NCBI RefSeq assembly: GCF_018350175.1
Contig: NC_058382.1
Location: forward strand, 60,080,001 to 60,144,000
Direction: 5' to 3'
Length of the DNA stretch: 64,000 nucleotides
Origin: Felis catus
Lineage: Eukaryota
Shown: piece after piece, positions 1-12,610 of the stretch
How the letters are laid out: every line of letters begins with the position of its first letter
Position numbering within the stretch: the first letter of the stretch is position 1
Program-made: the position numbers and the translations under genes
Notes under the pieces: generated by a model
The model's database searches: none
The model's input: the letters and a program-made list of their open reading frames with translations, nothing else
Told to the model about the DNA's origin: nothing

Positions 1-41
1 TCCCCCCTCGGCGCGACCCAGACGTGCAACAAAGTGCGATG
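1..41 (+). CDS. BANP: BANP coding exon, 3' end only (truncated by window edge): SPLGATQTCNKVR + TG
   Basis: Frame 1 reads TCC CCC CTC GGC GCG ACC CAG ACG TGC AAC AAA GTG CGA TG, followed by donor GTAAGA at 42. Matches the recalled BANP segment GSPLGATQTCNKVRC. Phase 2 joins the next exon (TG+C = Cys). Confidence 0.88.
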
Positions 42-3000
42 GTAAGAGCAGAGCGCGGGGCCCCCTCGCCAGCCCGCCGGCCCGCCTGGCCCGGTGGCGG
101 GAGTTGTGCACACGCCGGCGTCCCCTCCTCGGTTCCCTGGCCCCGGGTGTAGCGAGAGGAAGGCACACGTGTGACGTGCAGCCTGAGTGCCTCTGAGTCG
201 GCTCCCGGGCACGAACCGGCCTGTCGTGTGTCCTCTGCAGCCAGCCCCCCAGATCTTGGAAGGTGTACCTTTCTTCCCTTTACTGTGTCCCACGTGGCTG
301 GTTCTCAGATGCCAGTGCTTGTAAGTGTTCCTGGAGCATCCTGTGCTTTCCTTCCTATCGGTAGTTACGTGTCTTCTAAAAACACTCACGGTCTAACCCA
401 GTGGTGCCTGTGGTAGTTTTATACCGTGTGAGTTGAAACTTCATAAAGAATTCACCTAGACTGGAAAGATGTCTCCCCGTCTGTGGCCTGTGTCTCTGTC
501 CAGGGTGCCCAGTTAGATGCTGGTGTTCCTGGCGTGACCTAAAGCTCAGGCTCTGGGCATCAGTTTCCATCAGCCTTGGCTTCTCGTCTTTTCCCATGGG
601 GGCTCCAAAGAAAGTCACACTTGTGGTGGCGGCAGAATTTGTCCTTGTAGGTGATGAGAACTTGAAGCGTTTTTGCTAAGGGCTCTCTTGTTGTCGCCTT
701 GCTGCCAGTGTCTGCTGGGTTCTGCCCTGCCCACGTGCCCTGGGGATGGGAGCAGCGATAAGGGGCAGGTGGTGTTGACCGGGGGTTCCCGGTTTGGTTT
801 GGGAGTGCTCACGAACACGCTTCACTTTCAAGGTGGCCACTTGTCCCAGTTTGTCTGGGACGGCTGCTGTGTGGGTGTGATTGCTAGTGCCTCGTGTGTC
901 TGGAATGCCGCGTGGCCCACGCCTGATCTCTGTCCCTAGGGAAGGTGGGCTCATCCGTGGTGTTGCTCGCAGACAGGCTTTCGCCCTGTGTTTGCAGGTG
1001 TCCTACCAGATCCCGCGTGGGTTTCCTCCAGCAGACACTCGTGGACCCTCATCTCTGTAGGCCGTGGGGCTCCACCCTGGCAGAACCAGTGCCTGTTTTC
1101 AGAGCAGTTTTTTTGTGATACCCTCTTATCCCAAAATGTGACGTGAAGAAAACATTTATATTGGAAAAACCAGTAAAATGTCTTAACTGTAGCATAAGGA
1201 GAAATTGAAGGCCGGTGGGGTATAATACGATAACACGTATTTCCGTAAGTGAACGGTTAGGTGAGATGCACGAGGGGGCAGTGAGCAGGCCAGATGCCCA
1301 GACGTCGTATGCGGAGTCCTGGTGGTGGGGAGGGCTGTGGCGTGAGTCCGCACACACTGGGAACTCAAATACTAGTTGGTGATGGAATCCTACAAGATGA
1401 CGAGCCGTTCTTGATGAAGTTTCAAATAAAGCAAAATGGAATTTTTTCTAGACTCGAACGATAGTTGAATTCCCGGAAAGTTCGTTACGTTAAAATTACC
1501 CGAGAACATTTTGCGTTGGAGCGTAGAATAGAGTCAGATGCTAGGCTCAGAGAGCTGTTAGAATCCTGATTTTCCTGGAGTGTCGGGGACATTGGAAGTT
1601 TGTGCAGGAAGATGTTTTGTTAGATGAGCGTGTCTCACGCGCCGAAGGACGTCTTAACCTCCTTGGCCGTACCCGCGAAGTGCCAGCGGTGTCTCGTGAG
1701 TGTGATGACCTGGTACGCCCCACTGGATTTCAGACCCTGCCCCCAGCAGTTCCAGTGGGAACTGCTGCTCCCGGGCACGAGAAGAGAATGACTCGTGAGC
1801 AAGCAGCCGGCCCGTGCCGAGGGTGGTCCTCCTTCGTGTGTGACTTCCTTACCTGTGTTTGGAAGAGGTAATCTTGACGAGTCAGGGAAAGTGTCGACGA
1901 AGTCTGCCCGTTCAGATTCCACAGCTGATGCCTCGTGACGGTTCCGTCAGGGGCAGGCGGGTGAGTTCCAGGTCTGAAGGGTGCTGTTGCAGCTGCGGTT
2001 TGGACCTGTGAGCCGCTTGTTTTGGGATTTGTTTTGTGTCCGGAGCAGGGTGTGTTACTGGGAGAACAGGCCTCTGCGTGCCACGGGCTGCAGCCCTGGT
2101 CTGAAGCCGCGCGGTGACCTGGGTCAAGTCACGTGCTGGTATTAATTGTCCGTTTCCAGTTTCCTCGTCTTCAAAAACAAGACAAGACGGAGGTGACCTG
2201 GGCCTGCCTTTAAGGGCTCCGTTTCTGTCTCCTGCGGTCCTAACCATGAAGCTGGGGGGCGGGCGCTGGGAGACAGGGTGGCACCCCTTCCTTTGGATTT
2301 GGGCCTCCGGGCCGGTGTCCCGTGTCCCGTGTCCCGTTGGGCTTTGGGTTGTCCAAAGGCGGAGGGGCTCACTTGGATGAAGGCATTTCCGGGCGGCAGG
2401 GAGCCACCAGCCTCTCCAGCTTTCTTCAGCATTTTCTCCATCGCGGGGCTGGTGGGGAGACACCATGGGCAGCCTCCCCGGGTGGAAATCCCACCGTGCT
2501 TCCCTCTGCCCCAAGACAGGAGGTAAAGCTGCTGTGGTTTTCTGTGTGTGTATTGACAAGCGGTAAATTAAAAGGAAAGCTTTCTGATACCGAGTCAGAT
2601 ATATGATCTGGCTAAACCCAATCGGGTAGGTTTTCTGGCTTTGAGTAATTGTACCGGTAATAAAATCAACCCGCCAGAGAGCGCACTTACTGTGTCTTGA
2701 CACAAGGTTTGTGAATGTTTTTCGTAAAACAGTTACGTGTAGAAACTGGTGTGAGAGTAAGAAAGGAACAGTCCTTTTTCTGTTTTCTCCTAAGCGTGGC
2801 GTTAAGTCATGTATATGAATGATTTTTAAAGAATTAAGACAACAGTTGAAAGCTGCTGACAGGACATTTTGGGGAGAAGTAAGGGAGAAGAACTTAATTA
2901 CAGTAGATCAGAGGAAAAAGTGTACATTTTAGTTAGAAGGTTACAAATTTGTAAACCGTAAGTAAAGGAGAATTGTACGTATGAAATGCGAGTAGTGAGT

Positions 3001-3922
3001 GGGATGTAGAAAACGGAAAGTCTCCAAAATAAATTAAAAATTGATTAACGTTCTGAGTAACAGAGTACTTTTACCAATTATTTATTTTGGGCCTCAGATA
3101 TTTAAAATATAAGTTAGAAGCATTTAAGTTCTGGATTACTTTAGATGTAAATCATATGCTTTTAATTTAAGATTTTTTAGGCCCATATCGTGGATGTTTC
3201 GTGAGGAAGTCTGAGTGTAATTGAACCCGACAGATGGGGGCCCCTTAAAAGGTCTTTTCAGTTAACGAGGAATCGGGTGGTGGGTGAGAAGCCGTCGTCT
3301 GAAACCCCGCTCGCCCTTCCATTTGGAGAGGCTGCCTGAGGCCCAGAGCCGGCCCGAAGCCGCGGTGCGCAGCTAAGTCGGTGTCTGCATTCTGAGATGC
3401 GCCCGCTCATTTGCTGGTTCTTTCTCGAGACCGTGCTCTTAGCTCTGAGAGTTACTTGGTCTCTTTACTCCCTGGGGGGCAGAAGGCGGCAGAGCGCTGC
3501 CAGCTCCCGGTGGCGACTTAGGATCCAGATTTTCAGATTGTACGCCTGAATGAGATTCTTTAAATGAGTCCAAGAAAAAGAAATGAAAGAAAACCTTTTT
3601 CTTTGATGCTCAAGCTTAACCATTGTAATGAAACTGTTGGTGAGGGTATTGGGATAGGTTTCATCCAATGACGGTGTTCTTCTTGGGGAAAAGAACACTC
3701 GAGGTGCTGCAGGTAGGTGCTTTTCTTTCTTGGAAGTGCACCATAAATTTGGATTTTGCTTAATTGTGGTTCTAGGTGTAGCGACTTGAGGCTTTACCTC
3801 TAAAGCTCCTCTCACGTTGGTGTCGACGTTGGAAGTGGCTGACCGCTGACGTGCTCCTTGAGGAGCTGTGGCAGGCCCTCTGCGCATTTCAGAAGGGCCT
3901 CCGTTTTAGAATGTGGGCTGCA

Positions 3923-4143
3923 GGGGCACCTGGGTGGCTTAGTCAGTTAAGCGGTTAAGCGTCTGACTTCAGCTCAGGTCATGATCTCACAGTTCGTGAG
4001 TTTAAGCCCCGCGTCGGGCTTTGTGCTGACAGCTCAGAGCCCGGAGCCTGCTTCCGATTCTGTGTCTCCCTCTCTCCCTGCCCCCTGCCCTGCTCACACT
4101 CTGTCTCTGTCTCTCAAAAAGCGAATAAGCGTTAAAAAAAAAA
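3923..4143 (+). mobile_element. CanSINE (SINEC_Fc-like) with 19-bp target-site duplication (TSD)
   Basis: GGGGCACCTGGGTGGCT head, (CT)-rich segment and A tail. TTTTAGAATGTGGGCTGCA occurs at 3904-3922 and 4144-4162. Confidence 0.93.
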
Positions 4144-5841
4144 TTTTAGAATGTGGGCTGCAGGGGTCAGGTGTATGGATAGGGACGTTCGTGCAGATCA
4201 GTGTAGAAATTCCTCTTTTGCACTTCGTTGAAGCTACACACCGTGCCATTTGGAGAAAGCACAGTGGGTAGGACATTGCTGAGCTGCGGCCGCCGCCCTA
4301 GCTGATGACCGCCAGGAAGCTGGCAGGACGGTGCCCGCACGGTGCCTACCTGGAGTGGGAGAATTCCCGCTTGTCCCCGCTGCCCTACGGGGCCAGCCTG
4401 TGTGATGAGTCAGACAGCAGCTCAAACCCTCGTGCTCCGGGTTGGTTTTCATTAACAGGACACGTTACTACACACACTGACTAATTAAAAAAAATGCTTG
4501 TCTCTTATTTTTAAAAGCAAGATGTTTTTATTTTTTATGCACAATGGTTTTTTATTGAGATGTAATTGCCGTACAACAGATTTTCATTTTTAAAGCTTGA
4601 AGAGTTTTTTTTTGTGCTTTTAAAACTTTAGTGTACTTCTACATCTACAATTTTAAAACAGTCGGAGTAAATCAGGGGCCTCTTTGTAATACTCAGACAT
4701 ACAAGTGATTTCTTTTCGAGATAATCTTTTCCTTCAGGGAGATATGTCCTCTGGGACACCTGAGGGAAGAAAATGATTTTCTTTCCTTTCCTCTAAGCTG
4801 ATTATTGATCAAGAAATTATTTAAATTCCCTCTACCATGCTGGCTGCTGAGTCTGTTTTATTTCCCAGAGGGCCTTTTGTGTTAAGTGTTGGTGGATGTT
4901 TGTGGAAAGGCTATTTTTTGAGCCTTTGTGGCTTCTGGGTAGAGAGAGGTCCCCTCCTGGGGTCTCTCGGGACACCTGGAGTCCTGGTGAGGGGTCATCC
5001 GTGTTCAGAGCGTTTCCGCCCTGGGTCATTGAGCTCTTCAGTCAGGACCGTAGCATTTCGTAGGCTTTGGAATGTGAGAGACTCCAGATAGGGCTGTTTG
5101 AATTATGAGAAATGGTTTTAGCCATGATGGGCCTGGTTTTAGTTCTTTCCTTACCAAGTTTTCAGTTTTTCGATGTTTCCACTTAACTTTGTAGACGTAT
5201 GATCTCTCTTGCCGACTGTCTACACTCCTTTGTACAGCCGCACACGTTTAGTGACCTAATGAGGGTACCCTGTACATGTCAGGGCCGAGTACCAGCCAAG
5301 GAAAACTCATACTTTACACACATACAACCGGCCGAATGATTAACCTAATGTGATGACTCAGATACAGTCTGACAAGCAGCGCAGATGCTAAACGTGCAGC
5401 CGAGCATTTCAATAGATCGCGCACGTCTGCTAATCTGGAGTACTTCTCTCGTGGTAGAATAGCGCAGAGCTCGTCACTTGGGATCTGTAGGTCAGTTTGG
5501 AGAGAATTGTCCTCTCAACGCCATGGAGTCTCTGGACCCACGAACACGGTGCACGTCTCCCCTTACGCTGGTCTTTAATTTCTCAGCAGTCTTCTAGTTT
5601 TCGGTTCGTAGCTCTTACTCCCATTTTGTTAAAGTTTTCTCCAAGTACGCCATACTTTCAGATGCTGTCATGAAGGGTACCGTGTTTTCTATACTTACCT
5701 TTATCCTGCATCGTTTCTAAATTCACTTTGTTTTAGTAGTTTTGCTGTAGGACTTAAGAGAAAGGGAAGTATTTGTGGTCATATATGTTTTTTATATATA
5801 TAAAGAGAGTTTTACTTGTCATCAAATTTCTCTAGCATTTC

Positions 5842-6020
5842 TTTTTTTTTGAGAGAGAGTGTGAGGGGAGAGGGCCAGAGAGAGGGAGACAGAGAATCCC
5901 AAGTAGGCTCCACACTCAGCACAGAGGCCAAAGCAGGGCTCAAACTCAAGAACCCTGACATGATGACCTGAGCCAAAATCAAGAGTTGGGTGCTTAACCG
6001 ACTGAGCTACCCAGGCACCC
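5842..6020 (-). mobile_element. CanSINE
   Basis: Poly-T, (GA)-rich segment, ends ccaggcaccc (reverse complement of the SINE head). Confidence 0.88.
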
Positions 6021-6510
6021 TGTCTGCTCCATGGATAGGATCTCTCATTTCAGCGTGTAATTTTTTTTTTCTTTTTGTACTTTTACTTCATTTCTGATCT
6101 CCGAGTGAAAGCATCCAGTCTTCCACCGTTAAGTGTGGTGTTGGCTGTAAATCTTTTGCAGATGCTCTTTATCAGGTTGATGAAGTTCTATTCCTGATTT
6201 CATGAGAGTTTTTACTGTGAGCTGGCTCTTTCTGTATCTTCTTGAGATGATTATGTGGTTTTTCTTTTTGATTCTGTTGTTGCAGTGAGTTATACTGATT
6301 GATTTCAAATGCTAAACCAGCCTTGCATTTCTGTCATAATAAACCTGATGGTCATAGCATGTTACCCTTTTTATGTATTTTTGGACCGACTTGCTAACAT
6401 GTAGTTAAAGGTTTTTGCATCTGTTTTCATGGGGTATGCTAGTCTATAGTTTTCTTTCTTGACCTGTCTTTGTTACTAGGATGATGCTAGTCTCAAAAAT
6501 TTATCTGGGA

Positions 6511-6722
6511 GGGCTGCCTGCGTGCTCAGTCAGTTAAGTGTCTGACTTGGCTCGGGTCATGATCTCATGGTTCATGAGTTCGAGCCCCGCATTGAGCTCT
6601 GTGCTGACAGCTCGGAGCCTGGAGCCTGCTTCGGATTCTGGGTCTCCCTCTCCCTCTCCGCCCCTCCCCCGCTCATCCTCTGGCTCTTTGAAAAATAAAC
6701 AAACTTAAAAAAACTTAAAAAA
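6511..6722 (+). mobile_element. CanSINE
   Basis: Head gggctgcctg...ctcagtcagttaag, body, and AATAAA/A-rich tail. Confidence 0.88.
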
Positions 6723-6969
6723 ATGGTTTGGGAAGCCTTCTCTTGTCTGTTTTCTGATAATGTTTCTGTATGGTTAGTTTTATTTCTTCCTTAAATATTT
6801 GATCCAGTTTGCCAGTGAATTATGAATTGTTTCTTTAATAAATACAGAACTTTGATAAATGTGGAACTTTTTGAGTCACTATTATTTAATTTGTATTCTC
6901 CAGGGATTTTGTTTTTGTCTAAACCCTGGAATTTGTTAACATAATACTTTTTCATAGTATTGGCGTATT

Positions 6970-7191
6970 TATTTTTTTATTTAAACAATTTTTTTAACGT
7001 TTTTATTCATTTTTGAGAGACAGTAGGGGAGGGCAGAGAGAGAGGGAGACAGAATCGGAAGCAGGCTCCAAGCTCTGAGCTGTCAGCACAGAGCACGACG
7101 TGGGGCTCGAACCCGCGAACCGTGAGATCGCGACCTGAGCTGACAGAAGCCGAGGTCGGATGCTTGACTGAGTGAGCCACCCAGGCGTCCC
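6970..7191 (-). mobile_element. CanSINE
   Basis: T-rich tail, gagagggagacagaatcggaagcaggctcc body, ends ccaggcgtccc. Confidence 0.88.
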
Positions 7192-7219
7192 TCACGTATT
7201 ACCTTTCAAATGCCTGTAG

Positions 7220-8330
7220 GTCCACATCGCATTTAGTTGCTGTGTCTTCTTGGGCTCCTTTGGTGTGTGATAATCTCACAGACCTGGTTTTTATAATTTT
7301 TTGAGGAGTATTGGTCAGGTGTTTTATAGATTGTCCCTCACTTGGGATTTGTCTGTTGCTTTTCTCCTGATGAGCCTGGGGTTGCCGAAGTCTGAGAGGC
7401 AGACCCCAGAGGCGAAGTGCCATTCTCATCACACCTTCTCCAGGGTGCGTGCTGGCTCCGTGACTTCTGTCTGCTGGTGTGGTCTTGGATCACTGGGCTG
7501 AGGTTGCGTTGGTCAGATTCCTCCCCTGTCAAGTTCCAACTGCCCCCCTTCTCTGCCCCCTGTGCTCTTGGGAAGGACATCACTGAGCTCAGCTCCAAAT
7601 GAAAGAGTGTGGAGTTCTTTTTTTTTTTTTTTAATTTCTAGGTTTTTGTTTTTGTTTTTTTTTTTACATTTATTCATTTTTGAGAGACCACACACGAGCG
7701 GGGGAGGGGCAGAGAGAGAGGGAGATGCAGGATCGGAATCGGAAGCAGGCTCCGGGCTCCGAGCTGTCGGCACAGAGCTCGACGCGGGGCTCGAACCCAT
7801 GAACCGCGAGATCATGACCTGAGCCGAAGTCGGATGCTCCCCAGGCGCCCCAAATGAAAGTGCGGGAAGTTCTGCTGCACCTCTTGGGTATGTTGTTACT
7901 GTACTGCACGGGAGGTTTATCTCTTCCTCCCCGTTTGATTGTCAGTCATTTATATCAGTGTGGACTCACGGGTATTTATTTTACGCTTTGGGTTGGAATC
8001 CAGTACTCCTTTGTTTTGCTGCTCAAATGTTCCAGCTTCTGTGGCTGAGACTGCTCTGCTGTGGCTTCTGTGTCCTTGGACACTCCCTCCCCGCTAGTCA
8101 TTTTGGTTTGTTTTGAGCACTTCCTTCCTTTCTGGCACCACAAGGCGCTCCAGGCTCGTCTTGCGTGCTCCCCACACCAGTCCTCCAGTCACCCGTCTCC
8201 TGTATTGGAAAGTGGCGGCAGAGACAGGATCTGAGCATCCGGAATCTCACTGCTGTGGCGTCCCTCGCGGCTCTGTGTCCCCCTGCTCCCCCTGGGGGTC
8301 CCTCCTGTTGTCTGGCTTTTCCTCTTAGCA
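7220..8330 (-). mobile_element. Probable old L1MC-type 3' UTR remnant, interrupted by a SINE
   Basis: ttttgaggagtattggtcaggtgttttatagattgtccctcacttgggatttgtctg resembles the recalled antisense L1MC 3' region. Boundaries are approximate. Confidence 0.45.
7618..7851 (-). mobile_element. CanSINE with a short deletion near its head
   Basis: Poly-T tail, typical body, ends ccaggcgcccc; degenerate caaatgaaag... flanking duplication. Confidence 0.9.
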
Positions 8331-8601
8331 GTTCTTGTCCGGTAGCCATTTTCCTGTAGCTCCTTGGGAAGAAGAAAGGATCTGCGTTCCCAACCAGTGT
8401 GCCCTTCCGGTTTGGGACTGACGGCTTGCAGTCAGAGGGCTCCGTTACGGTGCAAATGTGGCTTCTTGGGGAGCGGAGGCAGGCTTAGAACGAGCCCTCC
8501 TCTGAAGCAGCTCGTGGTCGACGTTTGCTGCGTTAGGTTATCCTTGTTTCTCTGTGGCAGCTGCTTATTTGGGGGTGTGGTTTTCACGCTGGAACTTGTT
8601 C

Positions 8602-8818
8602 GTTTTGTTTTTTTTTAAATGTTTTTATTTATTTTTGAGACAGAGACAGAGCATGAGCAGGGGAGGAGCAGAGAAAGAGGGAGACACAGAATCTGAAGCG
8701 GGCTCCGGGCTCCGGGCTGTCGGCACAGAGCCCGACGTGGGGCTCAAACTCACGGAACGTGAGATCGTGACCTGAGTCGAAGTCGGACGCCCAACCGACT
8801 GAGCCGCCCAGGCGCCCC
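8602..8818 (-). mobile_element. CanSINE with TSD GGAACTTGTTC
   Basis: TSD at 8591-8601 and 8820-8830; full-length body. Confidence 0.92.
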
Positions 8819-10210
8819 AGGAACTTGTTCATTTCATTAGATATTGGGAAGCAGTTTTTAATGCTCATTTGTTCTTATCCCTAAGGATACTTTTTTGGAT
8901 CCTGGTTTTTATGACTTTTTAATCTTGAGCCTGTAAAGAACAGAACTAACCCCACGAAACAAATTTCAGTGAAGGTCGAACGCTTGGTACGTCGGTTGGG
9001 TGACTTGAACTGCGGTAAAGAATCTTCCGGATTCGTGGGCTGACTGTTGCAGGTTGGCACGTTCTGTTCCTAAAAATGCTGGCCCCTCTCCTGTTTACAT
9101 CTCATCCGTGAGCACTGGTCCCAGGGCCCTGCTTGCTCCGAAGGGAATGTGGCTTGGCTGCCTAGTGGCTCCCCGAGATAGGACCACCCCGTGCACCGGG
9201 GGCGGGGGCCCCTGGTGGCCACGAGCCCCCCTGCTGCTCTGGGACGTGAGGACCTCGGGGTGTCTGGTTTTACCGTTTTAACTGAGGGCGGTGCCCCTGC
9301 TTCTGCTCCCACCAGGTTTGCTGTCACTGAAGTCTGAGGCTGGCCGCTGGATGGTTTAGACAGGTGGGTGTGTGTAAGTACACTTCACACACCGTTCACT
9401 TTATTACGACCCCGGTTCCCGTGTGCTGTGCAGGAGCACGCCTCTGAGCGCCCGTGGGAGAGTGCGTGCTGAGGGAGCACGCACGTGTCTGTGGAGTTGG
9501 AGAATCTGTACCTGTTTTCTTACGAGTGGAACGTGGAGTTACTCGAGATTTTTGCTAGCTTGCTTTGTTGAGAGTCTTTGGGATAATTCACAAAAATGAG
9601 AAGACGAGTATCTCAGATTTCCCCAGCTGAACTTTACGAGTAGTTACTTTGAACGGCAGAAGGACCGGCGGCAGAGGAGTGTGGCCCGGTGAGACTCCTC
9701 TGTGGGTGCGAGGGAGGCAGGGACGTGGCCCACATCTTTTCGATGTTCTGGCAGGTCCCTCCTCCCTCGGCCACAGAGCACAAAGCTGAACGTTAACCGT
9801 GTGAAGAGAAGCCACACCTGAGCTGCCCGCCTTGCGCGGGGAGGGGCGGCGTTGCGGGAGGGGCGGTCTTGCCTCACCTTCGAAGGTTAGCACGGGACAC
9901 AGAACGGGACACCCTGAGGTCGGGGCGTCTCCCCCGTGCCCGGAGCCTGGCTGTCACTCACTGAGCGTCAGACTTCCTAGGGGAAGGAGTATTCAGAGGA
10001 TTTCCTTTGGGCGTATAAGTCAGTCTCTTCTAGGATGGTTGTGCTCTCAGCACCTGCCTGCGTGAAGTACGATGTAGGCAGAGAACCTAGTCGTGGGCAT
10101 TCTTCTCCGTCCTGCAGTCGTTTGGTGATGGGTGTCTGCGTGCCCCCAGCAGTGAATGTCCGTGGGTGTGTCGCCATCGATTGATCAGACTTGTTCGCCG
10201 TTGGTTTCTT

Positions 10211-10443
10211 TTTTTTTTTTTTTTTTTAATATATTTTTTTCAACGTTTATTTATTTTTGGGACAGAGAGAGACAGAGCATGAACGGGGGAGGGGCAGAGA
10301 GAGAGGGAGACACAGAATCGGAAACAGGCTCCAGGCTCTGAGCCATCAGCCCAGAGCCCGACACGGGGCTCGAACCCACGGACCGCGAGATCGTGACCTG
10401 GCTGAAGTCGGACGCTTAACCGACTGCGCCACCCAGGCGCCCC
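10211..10443 (-). mobile_element. Young felid SINEC_Fc with perfect 16-bp TSD
   Basis: TCGCCGTTGGTTTCTT at 10195-10210 and 10444-10459; long poly-T; CpG-rich, near-consensus body. Confidence 0.95.
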
Positions 10444-10911
10444 TCGCCGTTGGTTTCTTATTTCCTGGAGCGAGTGTAGTCAGTGCTTGTGAACGTTTTC
10501 CTTGGTGATTAGGAGCTGGAAACCGGTTCATACAAACCTGACTTCCCCAGGGCACCCCATTCTGCAAGGAAGCAAACGTAGAGGCATTCTCTTGGGTTAA
10601 GCCCAGTGCACTAAAATTCTTGGGTAGGGAGGGAGGCTACCCCCCCGCCCCACCATTTCCACAGCAGACTGGCTAGTTGATGGTGGCCATCCCCTCTGAG
10701 CTGGCAACAGCTTCAGACCCGAATCAGCGTGCTGTTTCCTTTGGCTTCAGCCGGCTCCAAACATTAATCTCTTTTGCCATCTCTTTGTGAGGACACAACG
10801 TAAGTTTTGTGTGTGTGCAAGTGCACGTGTGTGTCTGTGTGTACATTCGGAATATGATCATAAGCCACTGAAATCTGTATGAGGTTTTAGCTAGTTCAGA
10901 GTTAGAGTTTT

Positions 10912-10912
<1 letters not shown>

Positions 10913-10979
<67 letters not shown>

Positions 10980-10980
10980 T
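10913..10980. repeat. (CTTT)17 tetranucleotide microsatellite forming the tail of the adjacent antisense SINE
   Basis: 17 perfect units counted; lies inside the SINE TSD. Confidence 0.95.
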
Positions 10981-11157
10981 AAATTTTTTAATCTAGAGAG
11001 AGTGCGCTTGCGAGTGAGGGAAGAGGGGCAGAGGGAGGGAGAGAATCTCCGCTTAGCGCGGAGCCTGATGCGGGACTCGATCCCAGGACCCTGGGATCCT
11101 GACCTGAGCCAAAATCCAGAGTCAGACCCTCAACCAACTGAGCCACCCAGGCACCCC
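10981..11157 (-). mobile_element. CanSINE (short, older type)
   Basis: Ends agccacccaggcacccc; TSD AGAGTTAGAGTTT at 10898-10910 and 11158-11170. Confidence 0.88.
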
Positions 11158-11914
11158 AGAGTTAGAGTTTCTATAAAGTTCTCTGAGTTTATGTAGCTCT
11201 GACATCGGGCTCTTCCAAATAATATTTGCAAACTCTGGGTCCACCTGACTTGACGTCATTTTGTCCTCTTTGCCCAAGGTCTGTGTGTGTTTCTCTTTGC
11301 ACACTACATGCTGAGCTCCTCTCCGGTGTTGGCTGATCTTTGTCCTGCGTACCCTTTCCCCTCCTCCTCTCCGTGTGCCCACCTGCACCGGCCACTCTGT
11401 GGTCCTCAAACTCTCAGGCTCAAACCAGCTTGTTTTCTGTTTTCTTTTGTAATAAAAAGTGGCAAACACCACTTTTAAAATGATGTTTTAAAACTTTTTA
11501 CCTACGGTTTTCAAGATTTTTTTTCAGGTCTTTTATTTTGGTGGTTTGTTAGGTTTTTTGCATAGACTTCAATAGAGCCCCTTGGCGTATATTCAAATGA
11601 TGGTCCATCTTGTGTGAACGATGAGCTAAGGGGACAGAGATGTTGATGTTTTAAAATATGAGTACAGAGACTTTTAACACGGTCACAAAGCGATTTCCTG
11701 AAACAGAAGAGAAGTTGAAGGTCACTTTGTAAGCATAGCTTGGAAAATGTCTGCCATGACGTCTCTGAAAGCTGAAGGTACTTTGTTGTAAAGCCATCGG
11801 AATAAAACAGTGAAAATATGCAACACTGAAAGGCTAACAGAAATAAAGGAGTATTTCTGGTCTTGACTAACAAGTGGCTAAGAGCTTGAGAGGTGCTTGG
11901 TGACAGGCTCTGTC

Positions 11915-12035
11915 ACCTCTAAGGGGTGAGACCTTGGGCAAATTCTTACCCTGTCCCAGCTTCGTCATCAGTACAGTGGGAATAAGACAGTATGTGAAGA
12001 TTGCTGCGAGAGAGGTCATGCATATGAGCGCTTGG
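11915..12035 (+). mobile_element. MIR core remnant
   Basis: gtgagaccttgggcaaatt...cagcttcgtcatcagtacagtgggaataa resembles the MIR core (gtgaccttgggcaagt...cagtttcctcatctgtaaaatgggaataa). Confidence 0.6.
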
Positions 12036-12066
12036 GTTCTTTGACCCTCAGCAACCCCGCGAGGGG

Positions 12067-12098
12067 TTTTGTTTTGGTTTTGGTTTATTAGAAAGGGC

Positions 12099-12147
<49 letters not shown>

Positions 12148-12321
12148 CGAGCGCACGCATGTGCATGCGCAGGGGAGGGGCGGAGAGAGGGGAGACAGAG
12201 AGTCCCAGGCAGGTTCTGAGCTGGCAGTGCGGAGCCCTGCTCGGGCTCCATCTGAGGAACCGTGAGATCATGACTTGAGCCGAGGTCTGACGCTGAACCG
12301 ACTGAGCCGCCCGGACGCCCC
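12067..12321 (-). mobile_element. CanSINE with expanded (GA)n
   Basis: (GA)n at about 12111-12141, typical body, ends ccggacgcccc. Confidence 0.88.
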
Positions 12322-12610
12322 ACCGACCCTGTGAGGTTTAAAAACCCAATCGTATTAAGGCTTCTTGTTCACCAGGGGGAACCGTCAGCCAGGCCTCATG
12401 GTGCGTGCGGGTCTCACGCTGGTGAGCGCACAGAACTCTAGGTCGCCCCGCCCTCCGTGGGTGACAGTGCACTAGGCCGTCCCGTGGGCATCGTCTTCCT
12501 AAGTTTCCCTTCTGGCTCATGAGTCTTGGTCTCTTTTCTTTCCGCGGCACGAGACCATGGAGTCTAGAGGCAGGAGCCAGAGGACTGAACTAACTCAGAA
12601 TCGTTCTCGA

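Larger units (their letters stand above)
5450..6960 (-). mobile_element. Old L1 (L1M-type) ORF2 remnants interrupted by two SINEs
   Basis: T-rich segments such as gaaagcatccagtcttccaccgttaagtgtggtgttggctgta...gctctttatcaggttga resemble antisense L1 ORF2. Boundaries are approximate. Confidence 0.6.

Noticed and set aside
1912..2703. 263-aa minus-strand ORF, and similar 200-256 aa ORFs at 18260, 32443, 32847, 34813 and 43966
   Set aside because: No recognisable homology; explained by GC content or by lying antisense to real BANP exons.
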